Source of the DNA: Gemmatimonadota bacterium
GTDB taxonomy: Bacteria > Gemmatimonadota > Gemmatimonadetes > Gemmatimonadales > GWC2-71-9
Length of the DNA stretch: 64,000 bases
Reading direction: 5' to 3'
NCBI GenBank assembly: GCA_022563595.1
Contig: JADFNB010000008.1
Span: forward strand, 258-64,257
The translations under genes were made by a program, and so were the position numbers. Positions 50,432-59,787 of this stretch are shown one piece after another. Under the pieces are notes generated by a model, which had not been told where the DNA came from, did no database searches, and saw nothing but the letters and a program-made list of their open reading frames with translations. The stretch's first letter is position 1. Every line of letters begins with the position of its first letter.

Positions 50432-53023
50432 ATGGCGTCTCACTCGGTAGTCATCACCGTAGTAGGGATCGTAACATTGCTGTTGGTGGCCGCCGGCACG
50501 GCCATCGGCCTCAAGCGCACGAGCCTGCCGTATACAGTCGGCCTGGTGCTGGTCGGCCTCCTGTTGGGCGTCGTTACGGAGCGGACCGAAGCGCTGGAAG
50601 CGATCCGCGGGATCACGCTCTCACCCGAGATCATCCTGTTCGTCTTCCTGCCGACCCTGATCTTCGAGTCGGCGTTCGCCCTCGACAGCCGCCTCCTGTC
50701 CAAGAACCTGGCCCCGGTGCTGACGCTCGCCGCGCCCGGGCTGCTGATCTCCACCGCGATCATCGGCGGCATCGTGGCGGTGTTCACCTCGTTGCCGCTG
50801 GGAGCGGCGTTGCTGTTCGGCGCCCTGATCTCGGCGACGGATCCGGTGGCCGTGATCGCGCTGTTCAAGGAAGTCGGCGCGCCCAAGCGCCTCGCCATCC
50901 TGGTCGAGGGCGAGAGCCTCTTCAACGATGCCACGGCGATCGTGCTGTTCAAGATCATCCTCCTCGTGGTGCTGGCGGGCGGGGCCCTTGGCGCGGCGAC
51001 CGTCGGAGAGGGTGTCGTCGAGTTCCTGATCGTCTTCATCGGCGGCCTCGTGGTGGGCGGGCTGGTCGGATACCTCATGATTCGCTCAATCGCGTTGTCC
51101 GGGGACGATCCCCTGGTCGAGGTCGCGCTCTCGACGGTTGTCGCCTACGCCGCCTTCATCGCGGCGGAACACTACCTCGAGGTCTCCGGCGTGATGGCGA
51201 CCGTAGGGGCCGGCATCGTCGTCGGGACGATGGGCTCGACCCGGTTCACACCCGAGGTACGCGCCTACCTGCACCAGTTCTGGGAGTACGCCGCGTTCGT
51301 CGCGAACAGCCTCATCTTCCTCCTGGTCGGGATGGCGGTCGAGCCGGCCGCGCTCTGGGAGTTCAAGATCCCCATCATGTTCGCCATCGGTGCCGCGCTC
51401 GTGGCCCGCGTGGTCACGGTCTTCGGTCTCACGCCGCTGGTGAGCCGGGTAGCCGAGCCCATGGATTGGCGCTATCGGGTCGTGCTGTTCTGGGGCGGCC
51501 TGCGCGGAGCCGTCGCGCTCGCGCTCGTCCTGAGTCTCGCGCCGGACTTCCCGCAGCGTGATCTGTTGGTGGCACTCACCGTCGGCGTCGTGTTGTTCAC
51601 GCTGCTCACCGGCGGCCCGACAATCGGTCCCCTCATCCGTTGGCTCGGCCTCAACCGGCCCGATCTCGTGCAGCAGGTGGCACGTGCCCAGGCCGCACTG
51701 GCCGCGAAACAGGGAGCGCTCCAGCGGGTCGAGCGGCTCAAGTCGGCAGGACATTTCTCGAACCGGCTGCTGGCGGACCTCGAGGAGGAGTACGGCAAAG
51801 GCGCCGACGAGGTGGCGCATGAGCTGGAGCAGCTGCGTGCGGTCTGTCGGGCCGATGACATGCGCCGCGTGCTCTGGTCCGAGGCGTTGGCGGCGGAACA
51901 GGCTGCGTACCGCGATCTCTTCGAGCACGGCGCCATCTCGGAGCCCGTCGTGCGCGAGCTGGAACTGGCCACCGAGCTGAGGCGCGACCGGCTGAATCGC
52001 GGAGAGATCCCCGCCGACCCCGAGACGGCGATCCCGCTGGAACTCAAGGTCAGCAACGCGGTTGTATGGATAGCGGAACGGGTCGCACCGCGGAGCCGGT
52101 TGGTACAGCGCCATCGCGTCCGCGCGCTGGCCGCCAAGTACGAGCACGATACGGCGCTCTACGAGGCGAGCGAGCGGGTTGTCTCCGAGATCGAGCGTCT
52201 GAGCGCGTTGAGCGGAATAGACGCCGGGCTCGTGCGGGAATGTCTCGACGCCTACGCCCGTGTGGGCAAAGATGCGATGGCCCGGGTAGACGAGATCGCG
52301 GAGCATTTCCCGGAGTACGCCCGCGAGGTCCAACGCCGTACGGCTTACCGTATCGCGCTCGACGGCGAGCACGATGCGATCACCGCACTGGCCAAGACGG
52401 GCGGGATTCCCGCCTCCGTCGCGCGCGACGCCCATCAGCGGCTACAACAGGCGCAGCGGAACCTCGCGCGCCAGCCGGTCGCGGCGCTGGAACCCGATCC
52501 CGCCGACCTGCTCGCGCGGGTGCCGTTCTTCGAGAAACTCGATCCGGCCGACCTGGACCGCGTGGTGAGCCGACTGGTCCCGCGCACGGTGCTCCAGCAC
52601 GCGACCGTGATCCGGCAAGGCGACCGCGGGACGTCGCTGTTTCTCGTAGCCCGTGGCGTCGTCGCGGTGCTGGTGTCACGGGACGGCGCCGAACGACGGA
52701 TGGCTTCGCTTTACGCGGGGGATTTCTTCGGAGAGATGGCCCTGCTTACCGCCGGACCGCGCACTGCGACGGTGCGCGCCGTTACCGACTGCCAGCTCTA
52801 CGAGCTGGCGAAGCGGGACGTGGATGCGCTGTGCGACGTCTGTCCCGGCGTCAAGGAGGCGCTGGTCGAGGCCTACGAGGCACGGCGCCGCGCGTTGGAG
52901 CGCCCGGAGCGCCTCTCGCGCGTGTCGATGTCACGCATCGATCTCCAGAGCATCCCGGAAGCGGGCGCCACACCAGGAACATTGGGGTCGGTGGAACCTC
53001 CATTGAGACCCGGAGGTGGTTGA
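50432..53023 (+). CDS. CPA1 Na+/H+ antiporter with C-terminal cyclic nucleotide-binding domain
   Basis: FLP.LIFE, ISATDPVAV, GESLFNDA, WGGLRGA; cNMP-binding GDFFGEMALL..PRTATV. Confidence 0.92.
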   Translation: MASHSVVITVVGIVTLLLVAAGTAIGLKRTSLPYTVGLVLVGLLLGVVTERTEALEAIRGITLSPEIILFVFLPTLIFESAFALDSRLLSKNLAPVLTLAAPGLLISTAIIGGIVAVFTSLPLGAALLFGALISATDPVAVIALFKEVGAPKRLAILVEGESLFNDATAIVLFKIILLVVLAGGALGAATVGEGVVEFLIVFIGGLVVGGLVGYLMIRSIALSGDDPLVEVALSTVVAYAAFIAAEHYLEVSGVMATVGAGIVVGTMGSTRFTPEVRAYLHQFWEYAAFVANSLIFLLVGMAVEPAALWEFKIPIMFAIGAALVARVVTVFGLTPLVSRVAEPMDWRYRVVLFWGGLRGAVALALVLSLAPDFPQRDLLVALTVGVVLFTLLTGGPTIGPLIRWLGLNRPDLVQQVARAQAALAAKQGALQRVERLKSAGHFSNRLLADLEEEYGKGADEVAHELEQLRAVCRADDMRRVLWSEALAAEQAAYRDLFEHGAISEPVVRELELATELRRDRLNRGEIPADPETAIPLELKVSNAVVWIAERVAPRSRLVQRHRVRALAAKYEHDTALYEASERVVSEIERLSALSGIDAGLVRECLDAYARVGKDAMARVDEIAEHFPEYAREVQRRTAYRIALDGEHDAITALAKTGGIPASVARDAHQRLQQAQRNLARQPVAALEPDPADLLARVPFFEKLDPADLDRVVSRLVPRTVLQHATVIRQGDRGTSLFLVARGVVAVLVSRDGAERRMASLYAGDFFGEMALLTAGPRTATVRAVTDCQLYELAKRDVDALCDVCPGVKEALVEAYEARRRALERPERLSRVSMSRIDLQSIPEAGATPGTLGSVEPPLRPGGG

Positions 53024-53148
53024 GTTCCCCCGCCCGTACGGTCACCTACCGCTCGGATAAGGCAACCGGTCCCACCGCGGGCGGTGAGACGCTGGACGCC
53101 GAGCCGCGAGGCTACTCAGAGGCTACTCAGTGGAACAGAGAAGACCGG

Positions 53149-54000
53149 CTACGCCGCGAGCCGCTCGACGATCATGACGCCCAGCAGGACGGGAAGATAG
53201 GCGAGCGACGCCAGGAACAGGCGCCGAGCCCTGCCGGAAGTCGCTTCCCGGGCGAAACTATACGCCGTGCCGACGAGCAGGGCCCCCAGCGCGCTTCCGG
53301 CTATCAGTGAGGCCGCTCCCGTGAGTCCCCAGATCCCGGGCATGAGGCTCGCCGGTAGCAGCGCCAAAGCGTACAGGAGCGCCTGCCGCCCGGACGATCC
53401 TCCGGTGGGATCGACGACGGAGAGCATCTTGAGCCCGCCCCGCCTGTAGTCCTCCCGGTACATCCAGCCGAGTGCGAGGAAATGGGGGACCTGCCAGAGA
53501 AACATGATGTTGAACAGGACCCAGCCTTCGAGCGAGAGCGCGTCGCGTGCCGCCGTCCAGCCGCCCAGAATCGGAAGCGCCCCGGGGAACGACCCGACGA
53601 TGGTGGCGAGCGGGCTCTTGCGTTTGAGGGGCGTGTACACCAGCACGTAGCTCACGACCGTCAAGAACGCCAGCAACGCCGTCAGGGGATTGACCAACAG
53701 GAACAACTCGGCGCATCCGACGGCGGCCAGGCCAGCGCCAAAAACGAGGGCAGGCCCCTGGCCGATACGGCCCGACGGAAGCGGGCGGTGGCGGGTCCGC
53801 CGCATCAGCGCGTCGACATCCCGTTCCCACCACTGGTTGAGCGCGTTGGTACCGCTGGCTACCAGGCCGGTGCCGACGAGCAACGAGACGAGCAGCCCCA
53901 GGTCGATCTCACCCGTGGTACCCAGCACGAACCCGGCCGTGGCGGTGAGCACAACCAAGCGGGTGATGCCCGGCTTCGTGAGTTCCAGGAACGTCTTCAT
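53149..54000 (-). CDS. cyoE: Protoheme IX farnesyltransferase (heme o synthase, CtaB/CyoE)
   Basis: LTKP, D..MRRT..RPLPSG, YTPLKR, G..PGALP.L.GW, WQ.PHF, YREDY..GG. Confidence 0.94.
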   Translation of the reverse strand: MKTFLELTKPGITRLVVLTATAGFVLGTTGEIDLGLLVSLLVGTGLVASGTNALNQWWERDVDALMRRTRHRPLPSGRIGQGPALVFGAGLAAVGCAELFLLVNPLTALLAFLTVVSYVLVYTPLKRKSPLATIVGSFPGALPILGGWTAARDALSLEGWVLFNIMFLWQVPHFLALGWMYREDYRRGGLKMLSVVDPTGGSSGRQALLYALALLPASLMPGIWGLTGAASLIAGSALGALLVGTAYSFAREATSGRARRLFLASLAYLPVLLGVMIVERLAA

Positions 54001-54240
54001 CAGAGCCGCTCGACGAGCTGGACGACGGCGTCCGCCCCGGCGTTCACCGCTCAGGAGGTGCTCTCCTGAGCCAAGCCCCCACCTGTCAGCAATGTGCGGC
54101 AGCCGCGCCGGGACATCGCGCCACGGATCGAGCGTAACGATGAAGACAGGGAGAATGAGCGGGCAGATCGTCTGGCAGTGGGCATACGCAAAGGTAACCA
54201 ACGAGGGGCGCTTCAGCGTCACCAGCGTGCCCGACTGGTC
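54000..54240 (-). pseudogene. SCO-family copper chaperone remnant
   Basis: DQSG..VTL..TFAYAHCQTICP (CxxxC) joined to VTLDP.RD; tail AVVQLVERL* in another frame overlaps the cyoE ATG; no start. Confidence 0.75.
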
Positions 54241-54242
54241 AC

Positions 54243-54461
54243 TTCACCGACCCCGGCACGATCGCCACCGTCGTGGAGTCGTACCCGTTCTGGCGAATCG
54301 AAGAGGGTGCGCCCGGGCTCCCCGCCATCGCGACCCCGTGGAACTCGGCCATGCCGTCGTGGAAGGACCAACTCACATCGGACGAGATCTGGCGCATCAT
54401 CCTCGCCGAGTACCGGATCAGCGGCAGGGAGCCACGGACGCCGGAAGGGGGTGAGCGGTGA
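54243..54461 (+). pseudogene. C-terminal remnant of a cytochrome c
   Basis: FTDPGTIA..ESY.FWRI..G.PGLP...PWNSAMP.W..L..DEIW; the CxxCH-bearing N-terminus is absent; stop overlaps the next GTG. Confidence 0.7.
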
Positions 54462-56137
54462 CCCGGCGCCTCGACGTCATCGTCTGGGTCGCGATTGCCA
54501 TCGCCCCCCGCGCTGCTTCAGCGCAATGGATGGACTTGTCCGTCCCCGAGCGGCCAGTTGCAGACGCTGCGAGCATCGCAGCGGGTCGGCGTCTCTACGA
54601 GGAACGATGTTGGTTCTGTCACGGTGAAGACGGCGACGGAACCGGCCCGGTGGCCGAGTACCTCTGGCCCCGACCGCGTGACTTCACGCTTGGCAGCTAC
54701 AAGTTGCGCACCACCTCGAGCGGCGAACTTCCCACAGATGAGGACTTGTTCCGCACGGTCTCACTGGGGATTCCAGGCACCGCGATGCCGGAATGGCAGT
54801 CGGTACTGTCCGAACAAGAACGGTGGCAGGTCATCTCATACATCAAGACGTTCGCCGAAGGACTGTTCGAGGATGAGGATTTTGATCCCTACGCGTTCAT
54901 CGTCGAGATCGGTTCGCCGCCCGAAGGCTCGACGGAGGCATTGGTCGCCGAGGGGCAGCCCGTGTTCGACGAGGCCGACTGCTGGGAATGCCACGGCAGC
55001 TTGGGACGCGGTGACGGAGAACGGGCCTCCGAACTCACCGACGACTGGGACTTTCCGATCCTGCCGACTGACCTGCACACCGGATGGAAGATCAAGGGGG
55101 GCAGCACGCCTCGCGAGATCTACCTGCGCCTCAGCACGGGGCTCGATGGCACGCCGATGCCGTCGTACTCGGAGACGCTGAGTGAAGACGACCGCTGGCG
55201 TCTCGCGTACTATGTCTCCTCGCTCGCCGCACCGCTCGCCGGCGCGCCAGCCACCGGCGTGGTGATCACGGCAAGGCGTGTGGACGATTCGCTGCCGACC
55301 ACGCCTGATGATGCAGCGTGGGCGGACGTCCCCGCGACGTGGCTCACCCTCTCCGGTCAGGCCACGTTCCCGCCGCGCTGGCAGATCCCCGCCGTGTCCG
55401 ATCTCGCGGTGCAAGTTCTCTATAACGCCACTGATGTCGCGCTTCGTCTCCGGTGGGACGACCGTTTCATGGACACGGTGTCTGTCGACTCTGCGCTCGC
55501 GCGTCGTGAGGGATGGGAAGCCAATGATATGTTCCCGCGACTTTTTCCCGATGGCGCTCGGATGCGTGCCACGCACCCCGATGGTGTGGAGGTGATGTTC
55601 CCACTGCGCTACGCCGGAAGACCGGAGCTTCCGCACTTCGTGTACGGAAGCGCAGGGCAGCCAGTCGACCTCTGGCGCTGGCGGGCGGACCGCGCCGGCG
55701 GTCCGACGGCGGTCGAACTCCGCGGGCGAGGTGCGTCCCAGCCACCCGAGCCACATGAGCCCGAGAGCCAGCGTGCGTCCGCGCGGGCCACGTGGGCAGA
55801 CGGCCAGTGGACCGTCGTTCTCCGCAGGCCGCTCACGACAGACGACGGTGCACGAGAGGTTCAGTTGGAGCCGGGTCGAATCATCCCGATTGCCTTCCAC
55901 GTGTGGGAAGGTGCCAACGGCGAGACAGGCCTGAAGATGGCGCTCTCCTCGTGGTACTTCCTCCATCTGCGGGAATCGGCTCGCGCGTCGAGTTACCTGG
56001 TCGTGCTGCTCCTCGTCCTCGGGACCGTGGGCGCGGAGTACGGACTGATCGTGTGGCTCCGCCGGCAGCGGGACTCCGGGTGGCTGAGTCGCTTCGGAAT
56101 CACCCCGGGTCCCGACGACGCGCGGCGCCCCTCATAG
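54458..56137 (+). CDS. Di-heme cytochrome c fused to ethylbenzene-dehydrogenase-like (DOMON heme b) domain, C-terminal TM anchor
   Basis: CWFCH and CWECH; PRPRDFT.G.YK.R.T, GTAMP, GTPMP; RLRWDD, W.DG.W.V..RRPL, AF.VW.G.NGE; terminal TM helix. Confidence 0.85.
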   Translation: MTRRLDVIVWVAIAIAPRAASAQWMDLSVPERPVADAASIAAGRRLYEERCWFCHGEDGDGTGPVAEYLWPRPRDFTLGSYKLRTTSSGELPTDEDLFRTVSLGIPGTAMPEWQSVLSEQERWQVISYIKTFAEGLFEDEDFDPYAFIVEIGSPPEGSTEALVAEGQPVFDEADCWECHGSLGRGDGERASELTDDWDFPILPTDLHTGWKIKGGSTPREIYLRLSTGLDGTPMPSYSETLSEDDRWRLAYYVSSLAAPLAGAPATGVVITARRVDDSLPTTPDDAAWADVPATWLTLSGQATFPPRWQIPAVSDLAVQVLYNATDVALRLRWDDRFMDTVSVDSALARREGWEANDMFPRLFPDGARMRATHPDGVEVMFPLRYAGRPELPHFVYGSAGQPVDLWRWRADRAGGPTAVELRGRGASQPPEPHEPESQRASARATWADGQWTVVLRRPLTTDDGAREVQLEPGRIIPIAFHVWEGANGETGLKMALSSWYFLHLRESARASSYLVVLLLVLGTVGAEYGLIVWLRRQRDSGWLSRFGITPGPDDARRPS

Positions 56138-56146
56138 ATTCAAACA

Positions 56147-56206
56147 ATGCGCATGGTCGCCTTCCTCACGGAGCCCAAGGTGATCGACCGCATCCTCGGT
56201 CACTTA
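56147..56206 (+). mobile_element. Possible IS91-family transposase C-terminal scar
   Basis: MRMVAFLTEPKVIDRILGHL matches the MR..AF.....VI..IL.HL tail typical of these transposases; only 20 codons. Confidence 0.5.
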
Positions 56207-56245
56207 CATCGTACTGCGATGATGCGCGTCGCACACCTGATGCGA

Positions 56246-57463
56246 TCACCCAACGTTCCATAGGGCGCCGGATTCCATGTCCTCGAATGCCGGTCGATAC
56301 AGCTGAAGGCACGCTGCGCGCCAGTCCTCATCGATCTGCACCACCTTATCCGCCCATGCGTGACAGTAGCGGCAGTCGTCACAATCACGTTCCCGGCATC
56401 CTTCCGTCACGAACCGCTGCATGAACCCGTCGAGCGCGCGGTTGTCGATGTATACCGGTGATCCACCTGCGGAGCCGAGCAACCCGCGTTGCCGCGCGAG
56501 CTCGTATAGTCGCGGCAGGGCGCGCCAGCGGACGCCCCCGAGCTGCAGGAAATGGCGGGCCGCCCACCCGGGTCCGCGCCGCGGCGGTTTGCGCCCACTC
56601 GACTGAAAGCCGTACGGTTGTACCAGGTCAAGGAGGTTCCCGTCGTATCGGCGCTGGTGATACGCGCGGGCCCGGAGCACGAGTACGTCGGTGGGGGCGT
56701 TGCGCTCGGTGAGTTTGAACTCCTCGTAGCCTAGCTGCTCGTAGTGTACGACATCTTCCGGTCGAATCCAGTCGGCGCGGATGTAGTTGACAGGATCCAG
56801 GATCTTCTTGTGGGAACACCACAGGAGACACCAGTCGATGACACCGCGACGGGCGGGGCGCCCTCGCTGTGAGGCGTGGCTCAACACATTGCAGTGATAC
56901 CGTTCCAGCGGACAGCTCTGGAGACAACTGTTGCTCGCGAGGAGTTCCAGCCGACAGTTGACGGCGAGCCGAATCTCCCGCAACAGGGCGAATTCTCGGT
57001 TGCACTGTATCGAGTCCAGCGTGATACGATCGGCACCAAGTTCCTCCCAGTAGCGAACTCGTCTGGTATCGTTCACCGCAGCGAAGACGCCCACGCGAAC
57101 CTCGAAACCGGGATAGGCCGCCTTGATCAGGCGAAGCAGAAACGGACTTGCCACCGTAAGGGCCGTGACGCCAATGTCATCCAGCCACGCCAACAGGCGG
57201 CGGATCCGGCGCTGACCGGTTCGGGTGTATTCCCGATTGTCGAGACAGGAGGCATTCAGCAGATAGTTGAACCCGAGGCCCGCTTGCCGGCAGGCCACGA
57301 CGTGGCGCTTGAGCGCGCGGCGTGACGTCGGGGCCAACATGAAGCTGGCGCGCCCACCACCGATGATATCTGCGGGGAGCTTGCCGTAGAGTTCGAAGAC
57401 GTCGAAGTGCCGGACGAGATCCGGGAGCGCGTCATCGAAGTTGGTGGCCAGCGAAATCCTCAT
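56246..57463 (-). CDS. Peptidase U32 family protein (Cys-rich, probable Fe-S)
   Basis: GGGR, FNYLLNA.C, CLQSCP..H, C...C, WIRPED...Y..LG..FK..ER; C-terminal C....C..C.YC; GAGG RBS. Confidence 0.85.
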   Translation of the reverse strand: MRISLATNFDDALPDLVRHFDVFELYGKLPADIIGGGRASFMLAPTSRRALKRHVVACRQAGLGFNYLLNASCLDNREYTRTGQRRIRRLLAWLDDIGVTALTVASPFLLRLIKAAYPGFEVRVGVFAAVNDTRRVRYWEELGADRITLDSIQCNREFALLREIRLAVNCRLELLASNSCLQSCPLERYHCNVLSHASQRGRPARRGVIDWCLLWCSHKKILDPVNYIRADWIRPEDVVHYEQLGYEEFKLTERNAPTDVLVLRARAYHQRRYDGNLLDLVQPYGFQSSGRKPPRRGPGWAARHFLQLGGVRWRALPRLYELARQRGLLGSAGGSPVYIDNRALDGFMQRFVTEGCRERDCDDCRYCHAWADKVVQIDEDWRAACLQLYRPAFEDMESGALWNVG

Positions 57464-57518
57464 GGACACCTCACATCTGGGACTCGTGTTCGAGGAAGCG
57501 TTTCTACACGCGCCTCGG

Positions 57519-58886
57519 TCAGAACGCCAGGTGGAGTGAGATCCGGGAGAAATCCTCGAACAGCGGCAGCGCCGGGGCCGAATCGTCGGACCACGTGGTG
57601 CCGAGCATCAGCATGATGTTGGAACCAAGGAGCACCAGCAGATCCGCCGAGTAGCGCTCGAAGCTCGACGGAAATCCCGCCGGGAACCCACGGACGTCCA
57701 CCCGTTCGTAGCGAAAGCCCGGCACCAGCCAGGGATGCAAATACGCTTGCACCTCTCCCATCGTGACGATCGCGGACGGATCGCTGAGCTGCGGGCGCTC
57801 GAGGTGGTCGTTGAAGAACTGCACCGACCCCAAGAGACTGAGATACCCGTTCTCCTGCTCCCATCGGAGGTCCACGCCCCAGCGGTTGAACTGGTTTCCG
57901 GCGCGCAGGAAGGTGTCAGGGTCGTCGGGATCCTGTAGGAAACCTGATGTGCCCCGGTAGTAGAACCCTCCTACTGAAACCGCCCCTCGGAGCCACGTTC
58001 CGTAGTTCAGACGGGCGTAGTAGTCCTTCTGATTGTTGAAATCGAACTCGCCCCCTGACTCCGCGTACGCCTCTTCGAGTCCCTCCACCAACTCGCCCGC
58101 GGGGCCTTCGCTCCCCTCAAGAGCCTCGAACGCACCACCCGGCTCGCCATTGATCAACCCGATGGCATAGGCGAATTCTCCGAGACCCCCGGGGCCGGGA
58201 ACGCGACCGAATGCCTCGATCCCCTTTTGATTGGGGGAGAAGCCGAAGAAGTTCTGCGACGGCAGGATCGGGAAAACACCGTTCAAGTACGGGGTGATCC
58301 GCAACATGCGACGGTGGTTTGAGAACGCGATGGCGCGCGGCTCGAACTGGCCCACACGGACGTTGAGTGCCAGTGACCGGTTGTACTGTACGAACAGGCG
58401 GTCGATCCCCTCGAACTCTCCGTCTTCCAACAGGGCCACATTGCCAAAGAAGGAGAAGTACTGGCCCATGCCACCACCGAATATCAGTCCCACGGAGCTG
58501 ATACCGGTGAACTCCACCTGGACATCCTCATTCGGGCTATAGCGGAAATCGCTCAACACCTGGAACGACGCGACTGACGTCGCGGGGATGTCAATGAACG
58601 GAATCTGGCTTCCACGCCTCCCCTCCGGCGTTTCCGCCGGCGAGCCGAGCGGTAGTGGGCGCTCTCCGCGCTCCATGTCGGCACCCGGAAGGCGATACCC
58701 CTTTGCCCGAAACAATCTCCCGTACTCGGTCAGCGCGGGGAACACCGTGTGGCATGTGCTGCAACTCAGCCCGTAGCGCCGCGCGAAGCTGGGAACCCGT
58801 TTTTCGGCACGGGAAACCAGCCCCATGGGCAAAACGACGGCGGCAAACCCGACGGTGGCGACGTACCCTCTCCAGGTCCCGGTCAT
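57519..58886 (-). CDS. Cyc2-like monoheme cytochrome c / outer-membrane porin fusion
   Basis: Signal peptide then VPSFARRYGLSCSTCHTVFPALTEYGRLFRAKGY; amphipathic beta strands; C-terminal Phe. Confidence 0.8.
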   Translation of the reverse strand: MTGTWRGYVATVGFAAVVLPMGLVSRAEKRVPSFARRYGLSCSTCHTVFPALTEYGRLFRAKGYRLPGADMERGERPLPLGSPAETPEGRRGSQIPFIDIPATSVASFQVLSDFRYSPNEDVQVEFTGISSVGLIFGGGMGQYFSFFGNVALLEDGEFEGIDRLFVQYNRSLALNVRVGQFEPRAIAFSNHRRMLRITPYLNGVFPILPSQNFFGFSPNQKGIEAFGRVPGPGGLGEFAYAIGLINGEPGGAFEALEGSEGPAGELVEGLEEAYAESGGEFDFNNQKDYYARLNYGTWLRGAVSVGGFYYRGTSGFLQDPDDPDTFLRAGNQFNRWGVDLRWEQENGYLSLLGSVQFFNDHLERPQLSDPSAIVTMGEVQAYLHPWLVPGFRYERVDVRGFPAGFPSSFERYSADLLVLLGSNIMLMLGTTWSDDSAPALPLFEDFSRISLHLAF

Positions 58887-58964
58887 AGCTGCCTGTCTCC
58901 CCGTTGTTTTGACCCTACGGTTAGGCGGCCGACAACGTCGAGCGCCTGTCGCCGGGCTGGTGCG

Positions 58965-59720
58965 CTACTGCTGAATGATCGAGAGCAGGTAGTTCGTCAT
59001 ATCCCAGATCTGGTCCGAGGTCAGCGCGTCGGCCCAGCTGGGCATGGGCGTCCCGCCGATACCGACAGCGATGCTCCGGTAGATGTCCACCGGCCGGTTG
59101 CCACCTCGCCAGTTCCGCGAGATCCTGAGGTCAGCCGGGACGATGGGATACCCCCAGTCATCCTCCAGGGTCGGTGCCGACGGCCCGTCCCCCTTCCCGA
59201 GCATTCCGTGACATTTCCAACACTCGGCTTCGATGTAGAGCCGCCGTCCGGCAAGGACACTCTCTGGAAGCGGAGGCTTGGGCGTCCCGATGGCAATCGG
59301 GACCAGGCGCCCGTCCGTCCGAAACGCGGCGGCGAACGTTTCGATATAGGCCACTAACGCCCACCGTTGCTGCTCGGACAGGTTCGACCACGCCGGCATC
59401 GTCGTTCCCGGCAGTCCGCGGGACAGTGTGTTGAACAGGTCCTGATCCGTCGGAAGTCCACCCGTGGGCGTCGAATGGATCTTGAAAACGCCCAGGGTGA
59501 GGTCGCGTGGACGGGGAAAGACATACCGCGCTACCGGGCCGTCGCCCCGGCCGCTCGAGCCATGGCAGAACACGCATCGGCGCAAGTAGAGCCGCCGGCC
59601 GGCTCGCACCAGGTCCGCCCGTGAGGTCAGGTTACCGTCCGGGGCATACTGCGCCGCCGCCTCAGCCACTACGCACAATGCAACTGCGGCGACGAGCACG
59701 GAGATCCTGGGTGTGCCCAT
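58965..59720 (-). CDS. Exported di-heme cytochrome c
   Basis: GGAGG RBS; signal peptide; CVFCH and CWKCH; GTTMP and GTPMP distal Met motifs. Confidence 0.9.
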   Translation of the reverse strand: MGTPRISVLVAAVALCVVAEAAAQYAPDGNLTSRADLVRAGRRLYLRRCVFCHGSSGRGDGPVARYVFPRPRDLTLGVFKIHSTPTGGLPTDQDLFNTLSRGLPGTTMPAWSNLSEQQRWALVAYIETFAAAFRTDGRLVPIAIGTPKPPLPESVLAGRRLYIEAECWKCHGMLGKGDGPSAPTLEDDWGYPIVPADLRISRNWRGGNRPVDIYRSIAVGIGGTPMPSWADALTSDQIWDMTNYLLSIIQQ

Positions 59721-59787
59721 GAATCCTCCATAGACAACTGCGCGCGTGATCATGACGCCGTCGCTGCACACTCACGGGGCCGCGGAT

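Noticed and set aside
53108-53129. 11-bp tandem duplication GAGGCTACTCA x2
   Set aside because: Only two copies in an intergenic gap; most likely slippage.
53149-54222. Apparent SCO-heme o synthase fusion in the ORF track
   Set aside because: The SCO part is deleted and frameshifted; its true tail ends in TGA overlapping the cyoE ATG at 54000, so the in-frame join is incidental.
48382-56137. Nitrifier identity from the P460 and NXR-gamma-like genes
   Set aside because: No amo, hao or nxrAB in the window; both families are widespread in non-nitrifiers.
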